DNA of 64,000 nt, from positions 124,001 to 188,000 of the forward strand of contig JAQGDQ010000194.1 in the NCBI GenBank assembly GCA_030141605.1, written 5' to 3'. The DNA is from Tubiluchus corallicola. Its lineage: Eukaryota > Animalia > Priapulida. Below, piece after piece: positions 37,901-49,120 of the stretch (position 1 is the stretch's first letter; each line of letters opens with the position of its first letter). The notes below the pieces were generated by a model that saw nothing but the letters and a program-made list of their open reading frames with translations, did not search any database and had not been told where the DNA came from. A program made the position numbers and the translations under genes.

Positions 37901-38127
37901 ATTTGTTATTTGTTGAAGATTTTGATGATTTGTGCTAGATAGGGCCTTCTGTCAGCAGTTTACAGAAATCATCAGACATTGCGATAATTTTGGCGAATCT
38001 CACAATATGGTGTTTAAGGAGCAAAAAATCAAATATCTAAACTTTATCCCCGAAAAGATGCGAAATATTGTTACTGGAAAAATTTTGCTTAATGGTAAAC
38101 CAATTAATGTCAGTAAAAGTGAAAATA

Positions 38128-38152
38128 TCTATACTCTTATATTAATATTCTT

Positions 38153-38191
<39 letters not shown>

Positions 38192-40091
38192 TTATATATA
38201 TATAAGATTCGAGGCTACAGCTTCGACGAGGTCACCATTTGCGGCGATCTATACATCAAACGAAAGGTCTCGATCTAGTGTCGTGCCATTGATGGTTTAT
38301 TTTTCGAATCGGGCACACCGGGAGGAACGGGGGGCGAAAAACCTCCAAAAATGGCCATTTTTCGGCCGTTTTTTGCAAAAGTTATACGGCTTAGATGTAG
38401 AGAACGGGAATGGGCAGAGGGGGGTACTGGGTATGGATAGATAGCCAGTTCAGCGGTGGGTGTCATAGGCCTATTTAGAATTCCCGAGAGGGCTACGGCG
38501 CCCCGCAACGGGCGTTTTCCCGGACCCAACTCGCGATTTTTTCGAAATTTTGGCCAAACAGCCTGCGGAAAAAACGTTCTAGCGTCGCCCGGTGGGACTC
38601 TCGGAAGGAGATATATGGCTCTTTACAAAGAGGAAGGACAGGGCTATACGATGATGTGGGCTATATTTTAGGGCAGGTCCACCGAGAGAAGTACCGACCA
38701 GTTAATTAGAGGTTCCATTTTCGACAATTTTCGCTTAGAAAACTGTTGACGCAAAGGCATTGTTGTGACGTCATCCATTGTACTCTACTCTGCTTCTAAC
38801 TTTAATTCAGCAAAAAGCTACAGGCTTTGCGTTAGTTAAACAAACAGTAGGCATGATGTTACGGGCTTTGTGTAATAAATGAGGACTAGGTAGGATGTTC
38901 GCGTGTTATTGATTACACGTGTATTTATACGCAAAATATTTTGCGGGGCCTTTGCTATTTATTATATTATAGCACATAGTTTCAACTTTGTGAAAAATGT
39001 TTGGAATGCTTTTGTTGTAATGCTGTGCTGTTGGTGCTTGTGCTATAGGTGTCGTCATTGTTGCCACCATCATCATCATCATCAACATCATGATCACCAC
39101 GTGAGGTGGTGGATTTGATGTGGTGGTGGTGGTGTGCTTTGTGTGTTGTGCTATGGATGGTGTGGTGGGGTGATAGGGTGTGTGGGGTGTGGTGTGGGTA
39201 GTGTGGTATGGAGTGGGTGGCGTGGTGTGTGGGTGGGTGGGTGTTGTGGTGCAGTGCGGTGTGATGTGGTGGAGTATTATGGTGTGGGTGGTGTGGTGTG
39301 GTGTGTGGGTGGTGTGGTGTGTGGGTGGTGCAGTGCAGTGGTAAGGTGTGGTGCAGTGTGGTGTGATGTGGTGGAGTCGTATGGAGTGGGTGATGTGGTG
39401 TGGTGTGTGGGTGGTGCGGTGTGCTGCGGTGGTATGGTGTGGTGCGGTGTGGTGTGATGTGGTGGAGTGGTATGGTGTGGGTGGGGTGGTGTGTAGGTGG
39501 GTGGGTGGTGTGGTGCAGTGTGGTGTTATGGTGTGGTGCTGTGCGGTGTGATGTGGTGGAGTCGTATGGTGTGGGTGGTGTGGTGTGGTGTGTGGGTGGT
39601 GCGGTGTGCTGCAGTGGTATGGTGTGGTGTGGTGTGATGTGGTGGAGTGGTATGGTGTGGTGTGGTGTGATGTGGTGGAGTGGTATGGTGTGGTGCAGTG
39701 TGGTGTTATGGTGTGGTGCTGTGCGGTGTGATGTGGTGGAGTCGTATGGTGTGGGTGGTGTGGTGTGGTGTGTGGGTGGTGCGGTGTGCTGCAGTGGTAT
39801 GGTGTGGTGTGGTGTGATGTGGTGGAGTGGTATGGTGTGGGTGGTATGGTGTGTAGGTGGGTGGGTGGTGTGGTGCAGTGTGGTGTTATGGTGTGGTGCT
39901 GTGCGGTGTGATGTGGTGGAGTATTATGGTGTGGTGTGGTGCAGTGCAGTGTGGTGGTATTGTGTGGTGCAGTGTGGTGCGATGAGGTGGAGTGGTATGG
40001 TGTGGTGCAGTGTGGTGTGATGAGGTGGAGTGGTGTGGTGTGGGTTGTGTGTTGATTTGTGCACAAAATTCTTTTTGTGGGGTTTGGCTAG
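38128..40091 (+). mobile_element. Non-autonomous Helitron H1 (chimeric, two 3' termini)
   Basis: A^TCTATACTC 5' end. The 3' hairpin CACAAAA...TTTTGTG is followed by CTAG^T, with no TSD. An internal dead terminus lies at 38930-38958. Confidence 0.85.
39120..40045. repeat. GT-rich (GGTGT/GTG) low-complexity tract inside H1 with 180-bp periodicity
   Basis: 39541-39660 is identical to 39721-39840. Confidence 0.95.
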
Positions 40092-40834
40092 TCTATATAT
40101 TATTCTTCAAAAGAAATTAAAAGTATTTTGTGCAAATTGCATTTCACAGGAATTTACTTTAGCAGCACATGAATATTCTTGTGAGATATATTATTGCGAA
40201 GCATATAAGGTTAGTATTAATAAATTTTTTAAATCTTACGAACTAGGTACGAGAGTGTCTTATATATGTGCGTATAATAATGTTCCACAATTTAAAGTTT
40301 TCACGAGGAAGAACTGATATAGCTTAAGAAGTCGTATACTTGCAAGTAAAAATGACACTCTGATTAGTGGTTGTAAGAACAAGAATAAGAATTTATTTTT
40401 TACATAGATACATTATTAATAGTTATAAAAACTATTATTTGCATAATGGTTCATAATTGTTAGTAGGTAAAAACAGTATATGTTAGATAATGTATTATTG
40501 ATAACCAGTAAAACATGTGCACAATTATTTACTTTAAAGTTTTTAGCACGAAAAAAATCGTGCTAAAATGATTTTTGCTGCTCTTTCTTAATTGAATTAA
40601 ATTAATATTGTTAAAACTCTCAGGTTTTCTCAAAAGTTTCAAATAAAATAGGCAATTTCATACACATATAAAGATATTATATACATTTTTATAAATTATG
40701 TATATTCTAAGCATAAAAATAAGAGTAGTGTTTGGTAAAATTAGTTTATTAACATAAAATCAATCATCGGTAAATTGATAGAGAAAAATCTGAAGCACCG
40801 GTTACCGTTGTAAGGCTTTTTGGAACAGTCTTGT

Positions 40835-40990
40835 CTTTAGTTGGCTAAAATTTGCGTAATCTGTATTCTTCGTCTTAAATCATTGTACAAAAAAGCCCCA
40901 GAATAATCCAACGAAGCATTTTTGTAATCTGTTCGTGGTTTGGGAACCTGTAGTTCACCGGCATTTGTTAGTCTATTATTATAAATTACA
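40835..40990 (-). mobile_element. L2/CR1 LINE 3' fragment
   Basis: LQVPKPRTDYKNASLDYSGAFLYNDL. Confidence 0.6.
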
Positions 40991-41033
40991 TGCTTTCTTT
41001 GAAATTTTCGTTGGATTTTGCAGGGTAGACTGT

Positions 41034-41231
41034 GAGGAAATCCTCCCACTTCGCCAGCTGTCTTTTTGCCAGTGTGCTGCTTCGCCACTCTACTTTTTCG
41101 CCAGTCTTCTTTTTCGCCAGTTTTCTTTTTCGCCAGTCTTCTTTTTCGTCAGTCTACTTTTTCGCCATCTTCTTTTTTGGCGAAAAAGAAGACTGGCGAA
41201 AAGATAACTGGCGAAACGAGATACAATCCTC
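41034..41231. mobile_element. MITE-like element with inverted TTTTCGCCAG subterminal repeats
   Basis: GAGGA...TCCTC ends. TTTTCGCCAGTC repeats on the left face CTGGCGAAA repeats on the right. A further partial array lies at 41455-41530. Confidence 0.55.
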
Positions 41232-41949
41232 TGTAACCTATAACGGCTTGATGTACAAGCATGGCGATATAATTTGCTATAGGTATAATTTTACATTGCT
41301 TTAATTTATTTGCAGTTGCCATATGTATGGTGTCTGTTAAAATGATTTTTGCTGCTCTTTCTTAATTGAAGACGAGCAATATATACTAAATGCTGTTTAT
41401 TTCTGCAGTTTTCCAATATTTTACAACAGTAAGTCAAATGTGGCTGTACAATTCGTCAGTTCTTTTGCGCCACTCGTGTTTTTCGCCAGTCTTCTTTTTC
41501 GCCAGTCTTCTTCTTTGCCAGTCTTCTTTTGTACAGCATTTTCGCTAGATGCAAGCAAATATAAGGTCTTCTCAGCACACCAATCTTTTGTGCAATTTTA
41601 CCACGCTATTTTGGTTAAATTCTGGTGCTACGGCGGATGTTAATCAAAATAACGCCAAGAAGTTTTTGCATTTGTACCTGTTCTACAGTTTATCTTCAGT
41701 AACGATATCTGTGTTTCTCCTTTCGCTGCATGCAAGTTTCTGCACACTACTTATCATACTTTTGGTTTTACTGACATTTAATTTCATCTTATTGTGGATT
41801 ATCCATTTACAAATATTTTTAGCGTCGGACTGGATTTTTCCTCAACAATTCTTAAGTCTGCATTACCTACATAGACTGTGCTGTCATCCATAAACATTGT
41901 AGTATGCCATAACATTGTAATTTTTCTATCACAATCCCATGATGAAGGT

Positions 41950-44520
41950 TATCAAACGCTTTCTTCGGTCTAAGTAGAGGACAGCTGTACATTTACTGTC
42001 ATCTATATTAGTCAACCGTTCATCTGTGAGTGATATCAGTGCAGTTTTTTTTCTAAAACCAGATTAGTTTTCTGTTGAAAGATAGTTGCAATCAATATAA
42101 CTGGTAAGCTCATCTGCAACTAATCTTTCAACTACCTTACTTATAATAGGAAGGATAGAAATTGGGCGGTAGCTTTTAAGATCTTCGCGATCATCAGTTT
42201 TGTGTGTAGGGGTAACCCTAGTCTGTTTCCTGGCGTCTGGGAACACACCTCTACCAAGCGAACGATTTAATAGTTTGCACTGGCTCAATTAAACGTGATG
42301 CCACCTAATCCTAAGGCGTTTCCATTAGGCATTGAATGAAATATATATATATATAGGATTTCGAAATTTCAGCATATGAAGAGTACCCGTATTGCTGTTT
42401 GCCAGGAGGCAATTTTTAACACATTTAACAATAAGAACATAATGCAGTGTCAAGCAGATGTTTAACATTTAGAACGGTATATTATTTGCTGTTTTACTTT
42501 TGTGACTAGCAAAGGCCCCGCAAAAGATTTTGCGTAAAAAACCACGTGTAATCAATAATACGCGAACATCCTACCTAGTCCTCATTTATAACACAAAGCC
42601 CGTAACATCATGCCTACTGTTTGTTTAACTAACGCAAAGCCTGCAGCTTTTTGCTGAATTAAAGTATAAGCAGAGTATAATGGATTACGTCACAACAATG
42701 GCATTGCGTCAGCAATTTTCTAAGCGAAAATTGCCGAAAATAGAACTCCTAATTAACTGGTCAGTACTTCTCTCGGTGGACCTGCCCTAACATATAGCCC
42801 ACATCATCGTGTAGCCCTGTCCTTCCTCTTTGTAAAGAGCCATATATCTCCTTCCGAGAGTCCCACCGGGCGACGCTAGAACGTTTTTTCCGCAGGCTGT
42901 TTGGCCAAAATTTCGAAAAAATCGCGAGTTGGGTCCGGGAAAACGCCCGTTGCGGGGCGGCGTAGCCCTCTCGGGAATTCTAAATAGGCCTATGACACCC
43001 ACCGCTGAACTGGCTATCTATCCATACCCAGTACCCCCCTCTGCCCATTTTTGGAGGTTTTTCGCCCCCCGTTCCCCCGGTGGGCCCGATTCGAAAAATA
43101 AACCCCCAATGAGACGACTCTAGATCGAGACCTTTCGTTTGATGTATAGATCGACGCAAATGATGCCCTCGTCGAAGCTGTAGCCTCGAATCTTATATAT
43201 ATATATATATATATACCAAGAATATTAATATAAGAGTATAGATTAAAGAAACAATTCTTAAATTAGTATAATTCGAAACATTTATATTTGTACTTACGCT
43301 CTATGTGGTATGGCAGTATTACATGTAATTACTTCGTTGCTGTTATTTCAGCCTGATCATTGCTGCAATATCATAAATAAACCACTTTGATTGATTGAGC
43401 AAAATATCCATAGTTATTTAATATATGATACATTTTGTTCAGTAGTTGTTGGCAGAGGAAAGCCTAGATCAGTTGTTTTACTATCCGGAATAATTATGTA
43501 ATTTCAAAGGCAACCTGCTGTTTTCATAAGTGTTTAACTCAAATGCATTGTTACTGATTTGATTAGTTGCAGTTGTAAAGTGCTGATTAAAAGCGTGTGC
43601 TATATCTACCGTATCTGTTAAACATTTGCCACTCACTTTTAATTGAGCAGGAGTTACATGTTTAGAAGTTGGCAGCAGTTTCTTTAGAGTTTTCCATAGT
43701 CTTTTCGAGTTTCCCAGGGACTCTGCAATTGAATTTTGAAAGAAATCCCGTACTTTAGCGAAAACTTTCTTTTTTGCTTTGTTATGAAATGAGACTTATC
43801 TGGTATCGCTTGTATATTTAATTTTTTGACTATAATAATCACGCATCAAGTACTTCCTGATTGATTAATTCTGCTATATCCTTTTTAACTCTTTGCTTTT
43901 CAGAGGAGCGTACTTATTTAATGCTGTTGTTAACTGCGAGTGTATAAAACTCCACGCATTATTTATGTCTATAATTTTGTCCAAGCAGCTCCAGTCTCTT
44001 AATCTGAGATCATGCAGGAAAGAGTCTCTATCAATATTATTCAATTACGATACAGGATTACATCTTATCTGTGATCAATTGCATTTTCCTCCTGTTTAAT
44101 CGCATTGTTGTGTTTTCGTACTAAATAGATCATCTCATGGTCGCGAAAGCCAACGGTGATAGAACCACAGTCTCTCACGTGCTGTTCGTTACTAACGTAG
44201 ATGTAGGTTATTATAGTTTCTGTTGTTTCAGTTATTCTAGTTGTAACGTTGATGATCAGCTTGAGATGGTATGCAGCTCGTAAGAAATTTAATTTTCTAA
44301 CGCAGTCCCGTTTGGCGTAATCATAGTTGAAGTCTCCTAGTAAAATTATTTCTAGGTTTTTATCTACATCGTCAGCTAAATGTCCATCAAGGTTGAAAAG
44401 GGAATCAGTGCAGTCTGGCGGTCAATAAAATGCACCAATCAGAAGGGGCGACATCTTTTCGTGGACTCTTATCTCACACCACCAGATGTGTCATTAGAGT
44501 CAGCTTTTTTTTAAAAATGG
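41950..44520 (-). mobile_element. Decayed L2/CR1-type LINE split by a nested insertion (about 42341-43420)
   Basis: The minus strand gives LLIGAFY.PP, IILLGDFNYD and GNSKRLWKTLK...AHAFNQHF. After the gap it gives MPNGNALGLGGI and SYRPISILPIISKVVERLV. Confidence 0.8.
42506..43242 (-). mobile_element. Non-autonomous Helitron H2
   Basis: On the minus strand: A^TCTATACTC...CGCAAAA-TC-TTTTGCG-GGGCCTTTG-CTAG^T. Near-identical to 38128-38958 apart from a 59-bp deletion and (TA)n length. Confidence 0.9.
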
Positions 44521-44689
44521 TGAAAGATATTATGTGATGAGTTCAAATTGTAAATTTTTAGGTCAAGGTATATTTAATACGTATTTTAGTTAGTAATTTT
44601 TAATCGGTTTCGTGAATAATTTTTGAAAATAAGTAAAAAATAAAATAAATAAAAGACATTCGAGTTGGCCTTCACTGGACCTTCTCCAG

Positions 44690-44850
44690 AACCTCACGTT
44701 TTTATGACTGCCTGTTACTTAACATCAATCGTGTAACTTGTTTATGGCCATCCTTCTTTAATCGGTTTTCGCGATTATGGAATGAGCTTTCTAGCGACGC
44801 ACTGGAAGCTGGAACGTTATTTGCGTTTAAGTGTAAGGCTGTAAATTACT
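44690..44850 (+). mobile_element. CR1-type LINE 3' fragment
   Basis: SFFNRFSRLWNELSSDALEAGTLFAFK. Confidence 0.55.
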
Positions 44851-44857
44851 ATATGAA

Positions 44858-45385
44858 CTAGCAGGGGCCTCGCAAAAAATTTTGCGTATAAATACACTTA
44901 TAATAAAGAATACGCGAACATCCTGCATAGTCCTCGTTTATAACGCAAGCCAGTAGCAGCTTTTACTCAACAAAATTATAGGCAGAGTACAATGGAATGA
45001 CATCAAAACAATGCAAACGTCACTGAACTTCCAAGCGAGAAACGCCTAAACATGTCTACTACATATATTCTAAACACTACATACGAATTCTAATATGCTT
45101 ACTAGTCCCACCGTTGTAACTATTACTGGCACCGCCCTCGGCACGTTAGAGGCAAAGTTTTGAAAATTCTAAAAAGCGGTCGAAAAAGGGCGTTTTTGGA
45201 GTTTTTTGCCCCCTGTTCCTCCCGGTGGGCCTGATTCGAAAAATAAACCCCCAGGTGAAAATCTGTGGGTTGAGGCATTTCGTTTCGAGACAGATCGTCG
45301 AGAATGGTGCTGTCGTCGGAGCTGTAGCCTCGACGGTTATATATATATATATATCCATATAACCACCGAAATAAATATATAGAGA
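44858..45385 (-). mobile_element. Non-autonomous Helitron H3 (shorter, diverged relative)
   Basis: On the minus strand: A^TCTCTATAT 5' end, a shared 5' block (TCGAGGCTACAGC...TTCGAATC.GGCCCACCGGGAGGAAC), the CGCAAAA/TTTTGCG hairpin and CTAG^T. Confidence 0.85.
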
Positions 45386-46039
45386 TGACGAATGTGTGTT
45401 TATACTAAGGGGCTAGTATTGTAATTTGCTATTGTTTTACTTGCTAACTTGCCTCACTTAATGGTTTTCTTATAGTCTCTTCTCTTGTTATCAATTTCAG
45501 AAATAGCAACTAAGTTATTTTATATTTTAAGTGTGCGCTTTATATCTGATTTTTATACATTTTAACTTGTTTTTAATGATTATTTGTGTTCCCTTACTCA
45601 CTTCTCTAGTATCGGCCAGTTGGTAGCTTGCCAAAACGTGATACTGAAAGCAAATTGCCTTGCTTAATCACACATGAATAAACTACGTTTGATCAAACAA
45701 TCAAGTGACAAACACGGCAATGTACGCGAATCTGGATAAATTCATTCAGCTTTGTTTTTTTTAAACTAGCCACACGCACGTATGTATGTGGTGAATAATT
45801 CTTAGATAAATCCAATCTGATTTCGATAAGTTTAGTTCAGTTATCCTTTTAAAGATGGCGACACTTTATCACGGAATGTCATTAAACTTAACAACCTTAA
45901 TTTAAGTTCCAATACTTTGATTTTTTTTTTGTTTTTTTTCAAAGGCAGCCCAGCAATAACAACAGTGAAAATAACATGAGTAAGAAGTTAAGCACACACT
46001 TTTTCTCTGTTTTTTAAAATGTTGATCTCAGATTTACCA

Positions 46040-48900
46040 CTGCGATTTGTCATTTCGCTGAATCAGTGTTTTCAACTTCAAGATTTGAACTCTGTCTCAG
46101 AAGTATGAACAATCTACTGCAAAATAGTGAAAAAACAATTTTCATTATAAACTTTAAAACACAAAAACATTAAAAGTATTACAATGTTTCGCCTGCACAA
46201 ATCATCATTAGTGTGATAGAGTTTATAAACAGCAACCAGTTTTAAAGCAGAGTACATAGTAGAAGAAAATCACTAATTATATATTCACATAGAAATCAAA
46301 TATAGCATGTAGTAAAATAGGGTGTAGCAACAACGATATATAGCAAAACTACAGAAAAACATTTGAAAAGAAGATTTGAAATGAAATTGAAACATTTTGT
46401 ACATTGTGAGAAGACTTGTTAGGATACATGAACAAAAATTCTTTTATTATTGAAATCAACCAACAAATATGGTCACGAATGATAGATTGAGAAGAACTTT
46501 TTTGTTTTTTTTTGGCTCTTTCTAGACGAAATCCGCAGGTGTTCATCCCTGTTCAAAGTGCCTAGACGTTTTTCCATAGTAAGAAGCAACATTGCAGATG
46601 TTACACTTGAAACTTAAAAAGAATGTCAGTCTGTAGGTATGTGTGTATTTTGCCTAAAAAAGAAATCCGAAAATAAATAAGTACATTAGCAGACTGTACG
46701 ATAACTATTTTTTGGAAAATCTTTTTAGTTTTTGATGGTTGAATAATTTAGTCACATTAGAAATCTGTAAGAAATTAAAAATATATTTTTATATTATTAA
46801 CTTCTTCGTTAAATCTCTAGTATGACGTGATGTACAAAATGCACTATGTGTTGAAACTTGAATGAAATTTCATTTAAACTGTCGGCAAGTGAAATGCAGG
46901 ATTTGATCTAACTAGCTATTTCTCATTGGCATTTCAAATAATGCTGTTTACACTTTATTCATTCGCATCATTCGCGAGATCTGAATTAATGAAAGGAAGG
47001 CAGAAAACGTAATACGAAAAAGAACAAGTAACAGAGGGGAAGCCGATTAATTTTGATATAATACTATTATGTTTATAATTTTTTATGCTTGTGTATGATT
47101 ATTAGGCTGAATAACAAAATAAAATATTACCATAATTTACAATTACATACAAAGAAAAACCTCAGAAAAAAGACAGCTATTGCAGGCTTTTCACAAGAGG
47201 CAATTGTATGATTTTTTTAAAAATTAATTTGTAGTCATTGCTGAAACAGCATCATATAAACAACGTCATACTCTAAAACAGTGGAGATTCTAAAGTAGTT
47301 GAGATTACAATGTCCAAACCATTAATATCATTTTGATTTTTGAAAATCTACTGCTTTCGCTAGTTAAAAAAACAAACATTTGCAAATCAATGACACTAAG
47401 CTTGGAATATAATTAACATGCGCAAAAAAGACAACAATAATGCGATTACCTTCTCATGAAGTATTACAATTAGATGTGAACGGCTGTAAGAGTTGACACT
47501 ACGATTCGAGACACACTACTGGCGATCCAATAGGAATTTGAAAATGAACTTAATCCAGGTGTGTACACAGCCGTGTATAGCATTTTATTTATAAAGCAGC
47601 AGCAGAAACTTGTGCAGTGCCATGTCAAGAGCTCGCCCATTCGAGGTCAAGTGTGGAGACCTAACTTCATTACTGAATAATCATTCAATATATGTATTTT
47701 AAGAATTAGTTCTATTATTTTAAGTAATTGCGTGAAAGGCTAGTACGTTATTCCTGTTGACATGATGTAAGCGACATACGTCACAACAAGTATTCACTAA
47801 TTGCCCACTTTCTAACAAACTTTAGCGAAAAGATAACAAAGACCATACTTACTGACATCATTAGCAGATTTTTTTCAATATCTTCCAGTCAACCGCAGAG
47901 CCAACGTTTTTATAGAACTTCTTCAAACATGAACAGCAAGTACTAGGGCTAATTCTTTTTTTTGCTGTGCCATATATCTCCAATCAGCACCATCTGGCTT
48001 AAGAGGATTCACCGTACTCATTGCTCTTGGGTATTCCACTTACACAGTTTTCTGCAACAGAGTTTACATCTACCTCAACATCAATGTTGTGTTCTGAAAC
48101 TTCAAAATCGCCAATGTCAGGAATTGGCTAACCATCATCCTACGTTAAACTTAACATCAAATTTTTCGTCTTAGATCTTAGTAGTTGTAACAACCTAGAC
48201 TGATGTTTTCAAAAGGCTATCTATTTGAAAAAGAACTTACAGGATTATATTTGACACATACACCTTCTACATAAACCATTTTTAATTACCAACACATGGT
48301 TTTGTTCTCTACGGTTACCTTCGAATTTTGATATATTTGAATACCTTATATACTTTCTCTCTGTTAGGTAAACTTTTTTATCAGTACTTACATACGCCTT
48401 TCTATACAATTCTCTTACAATTTTTACAATTTCATACACCGGTTATTAAAAGCCAATTAACCAAGGCTCTTTATAAGTCTGGCACAAAATCCTACTGCAG
48501 AAACGATTGTTCTTTTCGTCATAGTCTCTATTTTGTTTCCACTGTTCATCAATGGTTTACCGAAATTTATGTTCTCTAAGCTTGTTAGCTTTGTTTCTAT
48601 GTTGGTGATATGATGCTGTTTGCTTGCTTACCCAGTGCCCCATAGGATAGGGATAATTTCTGACTAGAAGCGTATCATATCATTGAAAGGGATTTTGAAT
48701 TGGCCGAGATCTGTGTTTCAAACTTAATGGAAAGAAGATAAAGTTTGTATCGTTTTCTTACAATCACAGTAGTATGTTGTTTGCCATCTTGCCATATGTA
48801 GCTGAAAAATTAGTCTGTATGTTGTGGCTCACAGGTTTTCGTGGCGCCACATGCATCGGTGTTCGTCTAAAGTAAAATAAACAAGTAAAGAGGGTTCTAA
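46040..48900 (-). mobile_element. Heavily decayed Penelope-like element
   Basis: The minus strand of 46620-46450 reads FKCNICNVASYYGKTSRHF...EHLRIS...SIIRDHIC, a GIY-YIG endonuclease of PLE type. Weaker RT-like remnants (GTA..L..VLA..FMFE..KRWL) lie near 47900-47980. Boundaries are approximate. Confidence 0.55.
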
Positions 48901-48976
48901 AGAAAGCGTTTTTAATTTTATTCTTTTCAAGTGAAACTTAGACTAACAATAGAACAGAACTTTGTAAATGGTTACA

Positions 48977-49120
48977 TGGGTTTTGGACACGGTCACTTCG
49001 ACATAAACATTTTGGATACAAGTTATTTCGACACTGGACATTTTGACACATAGAACATATGGACACATAGGACGCTTTGACACAAGCGCATTTGGACATT
49101 TGGACACACAAAAATGTTTG
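48977..49120. repeat. ~15-bp GGACATTTYGACAC array (MITE-like end)
   Basis: Reverse-complement relative of 11690-11775. Confidence 0.5.

Noticed and set aside
38456-38671. Duplicated 71-aa ORF MGVIGLFRIPER (also 42787-43002)
   Set aside because: The duplication simply reflects Helitron copies H1 and H2. It has no recognisable domain and is not preserved in H4.
38906-40066. 386-aa His/Thr/Pro-rich ORF and opposite-strand Val/Trp/Cys ORFs
   Set aside because: These are translations of GT-rich low-complexity DNA inside a Helitron, open in several frames.
38128-43242. One large TIR/foldback transposon bounded by the inverted repeats
   Set aside because: Each arm has its own Helitron TC start and hairpin terminus, the flanks belong to different LINEs, and there is no TSD.
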